Both the position numbers and the translations under genes were made by a program. A stretch of DNA of 63,940 bases, the filler included, from Folioceros fuciformis (lineage: Eukaryota), in NCBI GenBank assembly GCA_049999805.1. It is 5 parts of 4 records of this genome, joined end to end, with 100 filler letters (N's around TTAATTAATTAA, not from the genome) between each part and the next. Parts side by side here need not be neighbours in the genome. Positions count along the whole stretch, not along the records: positions 50,444 to 62,738 come from JBNGIO010006052.1; positions 62,839 to 63,940 come from JBNGIO010006175.1; 3 more parts are not named here. One strand, 5' to 3'. The notes beneath the pieces were generated by a model. The model saw only the letters and a list, made by a program, of their open reading frames with translations. It did not search any database and had not been told where the DNA came from. This document shows positions 58,831-63,940 of the stretch, piece by piece (positions within the stretch are counted from its first letter, which is position 1; every line of letters begins with the position of its first letter).

Positions 58831-59719
58831 CAGGTAAGCCCTACACAACTAGCTTGCTTTGGACTCCATTCTGAGCCTCCCCGATTCTTGCCATGCACAC
58901 ACCACATCACTGTGCCAAATGCCGATCTCTCTTCGTATGATTTGTCACCCCTCTCGAGCGAGTAGGGAAGGACTGACTCATGGAGGCGCAAGCTGGTAAC
59001 AATGTGGACGGCCTCTCTGAAGGCAAATCGGAGCAGATGATGTAGGCGTACTACGCAGGTGCGGAGGAGTAGGAGGGATTCCGAAGTGTTCGGTAGGTTC
59101 GAATGCATGCCCACCCCGAGCCTTGAAACCCAGTCACCTAAAAAAATGACCGACATCGTGCCGGTCCACTTCGCCTCGTGTGAGTTTCAAACGTGGCGTG
59201 AACGGTTTTGGCTTGAGCACCGTTATTGGGAACCCGACACCTACCCCGGACCCCGGGTTTCATTTCATGTGCTCGAAGCGAAGCGGGAGTGAAGATACGT
59301 CTTGCATAGCGATTCCATTATGGTCTTTTCTGTTTTTTTTTTTCAATTCTGTTTTATGCATAGATAAATTAGTGTTTTTGAGAAATAATATTCTATTTTG
59401 AATTGGCAGGATTGCTTTAAACCATATTTGAAGATGGACCCCAACCATGTGGCTGCATATACTGTAATTATGGTGTTGCCTTATTTATTAGGTGATATTT
59501 TATACTTGCTGGAATCATTCGATTTTGAACTTATCCAACCATGTGTTGCATTGGATTGCAATCACAATATTGGGTTGTGTGTGCTTATGGCTTTGTGGAC
59601 GACATTGTTCAAGCTATTGTCAACCTGGGTGGGCTACGTGTAGCATTACTTCCTACTAACACCCTACCTAGAGGTTTTATAGTTGGCATACATTATGGTG
59701 CATATTATATGAAGCCAGT

Positions 59720-60510
59720 GACTTGTGGGCAACATATAGAGTTATAGCTTTGGAGAATGAAAGAAGATTCACAAGGTCTTTTAGGTTTAGATGGACAACG
59801 TTCAACTATTTGTGCAACATGGTGCAAGAGGACGTGCAACCTAAACAAGTGCTAGGTTTTTCTTCAATTCCTGGTAGACTTTTAAAGGTGGATAAGCAAG
59901 TTGCTATAGCCCTTTGCAAGAGATTCTTACAGCTCTATTGGAGACTCCTTAGGAGTGGGTAGTGCTAGAGCGCATGAAGTTTCCCATAGATTCAATGTAG
60001 TCATTATTCAACGGGGGTGGACACCACATGCAATGGTCTTTTGGGATGAGAATGCACATTGTTAAAGCAAGATTTTAACAAAAATGAGGACTCATTAATT
60101 GTTGTGGTGCTATTGACGCTACTTGCTTTCGAATGTAGCTTGGTGTAGGAGACAATGCTAGGGAATTTAGAGATGGGTGTAAGGATTTTTACCATGGTCA
60201 TGCGAGCTATTGTTAGCCGTGACCAACGGTTCTTGGATGTCTTGAAGGCATGGCCTGGTGCAGCAAACGATTCCAAGATTTTGTACAACAGTAAATTTAT
60301 AGGCTAGCTAATGAAAGGCAACGGTTAACAAGACCAACTTCAATTGTGAATGGGCAACCAATATGAGAGTACATAATTGGAGATGTCGGCTATCTACTAC
60401 TCCTTTGCTTGATTATTCCATATCTAGGTCATGGATTACAACCAGAGATAAATGCATTCAATCTCAAGCATTCTTCAACCATAATGGTGGTGGAAGGTGC
60501 ACTTGTTTTC
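59720..60510 (+). mobile_element. PIF/Harbinger DDE transposase remnant
   Basis: RFTRSFRF..TFNYLCNMV, VDKQVAIAL, CGAIDAT, FLDV..WPGAANDSKILYNS, YIIGDVGY and FNLKHSSTIMVVEGA, spread across shifted frames. Confidence 0.85.
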
Positions 60511-61110
60511 AAGAAATCCCTTGCACTGCCATCCTTGGCACCTAAACTGCTATCCATAATACTTGGGCTGCCATCCTTATTACCTGCATTGCCTTCTTTA
60601 TTACCTACACTATCATCCTTGTTACTTGCACTACCACCCTTGATGCATGCATAGATCTTCCTTGTACATGCTTATGCCCCATACACTTCAACGTCCCTAT
60701 CTTCAACCTCAGTTGTGGCTTTTATGGCATTGTCTACATTAGATTGGTCTAAATGAGAGGAGTTCGGAGTCCCATTTGCTGCCACTAACCTATTGCCTAT
60801 AAAAGCTACCATACAGTCATGCACACTGGGATAAACAGTTTGAGCAACTTCTGGCCTTCCCGTTCTACTTTCTCCATATGCTAGGAGGAGGACTTGCTAG
60901 AATGAGCATTCAGCCTCTCCTAGTCCTTGATATTGTTGAAATTTGCTGTTAGAGCTTCCCACTTGTCCCAACATTGCTTCCCTGTTTTGTGGATGTTGTA
61001 CCTTGCACGCACTACAAAAATTCTCTACCACCTGACCTCAGCAGTGGCATTTTTATCTCACAATCCAGCTTGGCTATGGTGGAGAAGGTCTTCCTTCTTT
61101 GCGTTGACTA
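60510..61110 (-). mobile_element. Myb/SANT (trihelix-like) ORF remnant of the same Harbinger element, convergent
   Basis: Manual translation gives LVNAKKE..EVRW*RI..KTGKQCWDKWEALTANFNNIKD*E..MEKVERE. Harbinger elements carry a second Myb/SANT gene. Confidence 0.7.
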
Positions 61111-62367
61111 GGACCAATAATTGCGCAGAAGGAGAATGGGAGAGGAATGGTTGATAGAATGAGAATGATGGTAAAGGGTTGTCCCTAGTTTCGAAATATC
61201 ATGTTTATGCATGACATTTGGTCAGTAGAGTACGAACCCTAAGATTTCGAGCTTTGATTTTTTCTCCCTCCTCCCTTTCCCTGAAGCCAAATCGGAGCAG
61301 TTGATTGAGGCTAACTCCATACACAAGTGCGGAGCAGCAAGAGGGATTTCAAAGCACGTGTTGCCCTCACACTGAGGGCCTTACGAAGGTGTCTCTGAAC
61401 GCGTATGTTCGGCTTCCAGCTATGTTGTTGGGAGGCCTGCAGGACTGAAGATAGTCGTGAATAGTTTCTGCCCTGGCTTCACCGCCACAGACGGAACCGA
61501 CGCATTCATTGGCAAGTTGAGCCATCTGCTGCCTCCTGATGCTGTACTCCACGGCCCTGCAGAACCTGCGGTTTCGCTCTCTTTATTACGACGAGCCAGG
61601 AGCCTGCCTTCAGGCTAATCCAGGCTATTAGCCATGTAGGGAGGTTCCTGTATCTGGTCAGTGTCTGCTGGTTTGGCACATCTTCCCAACTTCCTCCAGG
61701 AGAACTGCACGTTCTACCACGTGATGTCATCTGTTGGAACTTGAGTTACGAATTGTGACTTGTGTGAGGACGTCGGGTTTGTCTCGTGCCTGGTAAAAAG
61801 TTGATGCCAACAGCGCTTCTCTGTTTTGTATTCTAGTCCAGAAGAGGCATCTCCCTGTGCACTGTTTAGGTCACGCATATCTCAGTTAGAAAGTCGCACG
61901 CCCGGAGACAGCGATGTATGTACATATGTACCCAGTCACGTACAGTACTTGCTCGGCATTCGGGCTTCCAGATTTTTGGGCTTTACCAGTTCTCTAAACT
62001 CCAGATAAGGGCTTTGCTTGATTCCCAGCTTTGCTTCTCGTCTGAGTGCTCTGACGGTGGCAGCCAAGTCTCGATACTCGTGGACAACAGCCCACAGTGC
62101 AAGGCATCGTTTAACCCATCGGTAAAGCAGGGCAAGTTCTCCATGACAAGTCGGTAGCAGCCACGTGAGACAGACAGAGGCTTGCTTCCCCGCCTTCTTC
62201 AGAATTCATTCACAAACTTTGGGTGTTCAGCAATCCTTCTGTTCTGAAGGCGCCCGGGGCGGAAGCGGGGAAGAGTGGATTAGCACTCCAGCTTACTCAC
62301 GTCAGGCCAGGGGAGCAAGAACAGGGCCAAGGATTAGAACAGCGAGTGAGAGGTTTTCGGGAGAAGG

Positions 62368-62738
62368 ATGGGGACAGACACGCTCTTGTCGCAGATCCGG
62401 GCGCAGCTGCCGCTGCAGTTTGATGTGCTGGAGCTCTCAGCGACGAGTAACGTTGGGCTGGTGGTGGTGGACGAGGTTAACGGCTTCTGCACAGTCGGGT
62501 GCGGCAATTTGGTGAGCAATCTGGTGGTGCTGTTGTTTTCACGCGTTCTTTCTGCAAGTGACTGGATTGATGCCGTATGTTGCGTATGCAGGCGCCGCCG
62601 GTTCCAAACAAAGCAATTTTCCGGATGGTGGGGGAGACCGACAAGCTTGCGCGGCAATTCAGTGTCAGGGGATGGCCTATTTTATGTTTTCTGGATTCCC
62701 ACCATCCGGACCGGCCTGAGCCTCCGTACCCTCTGCAT
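62368..62738 (+). CDS. NIC1: Nicotinamidase (isochorismatase family), 5' part; cut by the linker
   Basis: Exon 1 is 62368-62511 (..VGLVVVDEVNGFCTVGCGNL), the GT-AG intron is 62512-62591, and exon 2 reads APPVPNKAIFRMVGETDKLARQF..WPILCFLDSHHPDRPEPPYPLH. This matches plant NIC1. Confidence 0.9.
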
Positions 62739-62838
62739 NNNNNNNNNNNNNNNNNNNNNNNNNNNNNNNNNNNNNNNNNNNNTTAATTAATTAANNNNNN
62801 NNNNNNNNNNNNNNNNNNNNNNNNNNNNNNNNNNNNNN

Positions 62839-63940
62839 TTGCTATTTCATATGATGCCTTCAAGGAGAAGGACAGATTTGGAGGTTATGACTATGACATC
62901 TGGGTGATGAGAATGAAAGGAGCCCTCCAGGCTAAGAAACTCTGGAAGATTACAGAAGGAACGGAGAAGCCAACATCAGCAAGGCAGGAAGATATGGATG
63001 CATGGACAGTCAAGAATGACGCAGCCTTGTACCTGCTTCGAAGTGGCTTAACATCTGACATGTTAAGGCAGACTGTTGGAGCTGACACTGCTGAGGATGT
63101 GTGGAATCGTCTCCAGGATCTGTATGCTGGTTCTAACACAACAAGCCAAATGACTGCTCTCAAAAATCTCCACAACCTTAAGATGAAGGAAGGAGAATCC
63201 ATTGAGAAGCATGTAGGGCATTTTAGAACCTTTGTTTCTAAGCTGGAAAGCTCCTCTAGGCAACCCTTCAAGGATGAGCTTTATGCAATGTACCTATTGC
63301 TCTCCTTGCCATCCTCCGAGTCACATTTTGTGACATCATATAACACATCTCATATGCAAGCTGAGGAGCTGGCTAAGGTAGCCAATGTCAAACTCCCTGA
63401 ACTCACATTTTCAGAGTTAGTGGGAGCACTCTTGCAGGAGGAGGCTATAAGAGGCACTCCTAGTTGCAGAACTGGGAGGCAGCAAGCCCTCTACACTTCA
63501 AGCAGGGGTAGCCTTAGCCAATGTCAAACTCCCTGAACTCACATTTTCAGAGTTAGTGGGAGCGCTCTTGCAGGAGGAGGCTATAAGAGGCACTCCTGGT
63601 TGCAGAACTGGGAGGCAGCAAGCCCTCTACACTTCAAGCAGGGGTAGAGGAGGAGGTATGAGAGGCAACTTCCGTGGAGGAGGTTCTAATACCTATAGGG
63701 GTAGCAGCTCACAGTCTGGACCCTCTACAAACAACACCAAGGAATCTAGCACTAAAAGGATTGGCACCTGCAATTGGTGTAAGCTACCAGGACACTGGGA
63801 GCGTGAGTGTAGAAAGAAACAAGCTGGTCAGCCTTGCAAGGAGGGCACCCCAGTTCAAAACCATATGGTTGTAAAGAAAAATAGCACTCCCTCTGCTCTT
63901 ACTGTGAGTACAAGGGAATTTTCTCACCCACTCTTGCTCC
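62839..63940 (+). mobile_element. Ty1/Copia element E gag (partial) with an internal 136-bp tandem duplication
   Basis: FKEKDRFGGYDYDIWVMRMK, LKMKEGESI, VGALLQEE and knuckle CNWCKLPGHWERECRK. Repeat copies start at 63379 and 63515. Confidence 0.88.

Noticed and set aside
59100-61400. Terminal inverted repeats and TSD for the Harbinger element
   Set aside because: No convincing TIR pair found by eye, so the element boundaries are left undefined.
61367-62160. Possible minus-strand coding fragments between the Harbinger remnant and NIC1
   Set aside because: Short open stretches with no family I can recognise, so I cannot support a call.

Overview
Eukaryotic plant nuclear DNA. It is probably a non-flowering land plant, possibly a hornwort; this is inferred from the compact genes, the ~80-100 bp GT-AG introns and a DNA-PKcs homologue, which angiosperms lack. 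Five contigs are joined by artificial N/TTAATTAATTAA linkers. (1) 1-16.2 kb: a birth-and-death tandem cluster of intronless receptor kinases with an LRR ectodomain and a WAK-type kinase. One copy is intact as far as visible, one is 3'-broken, one is a kinase-only fragment and one is a 3' stub. Between them lie an intron-containing DNA-PKcs pseudogene fragment and a chimeric gene joining the alpha-COP N-terminal WD40 propeller to a papain-like protease (I29 + C1A), now frameshifted. (2) 16.2-32.4 kb: a nest of four retroelements. Copia A hosts Copia B (TSD AAGTT) and a LINE, and the LINE hosts Copia C. Copia B carries an antisense transmembrane ORF in its 3' region, and Copia C carries an extra coiled-coil ORF 5' of gag. 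(3) 32.5-50.3 kb: a multi-exon UBR-box/RING N-recognin E3 ligase that diverges from PRT6, and a DEG9-like HtrA protease. (4) 50.4-62.7 kb: decayed Copia D (also with a 5' ORF remnant), a PPR E-motif relic, a small tail-anchored ORF, an ORF resembling the N-terminal domain of fungal TPR-SET proteins, an F-box gene, an SDR pseudogene, a decayed PIF/Harbinger element and the 5' part of nicotinamidase NIC1. (5) 62.8-63.9 kb: Copia E gag. All homology calls come from recognising motifs by eye; no database searches were run.
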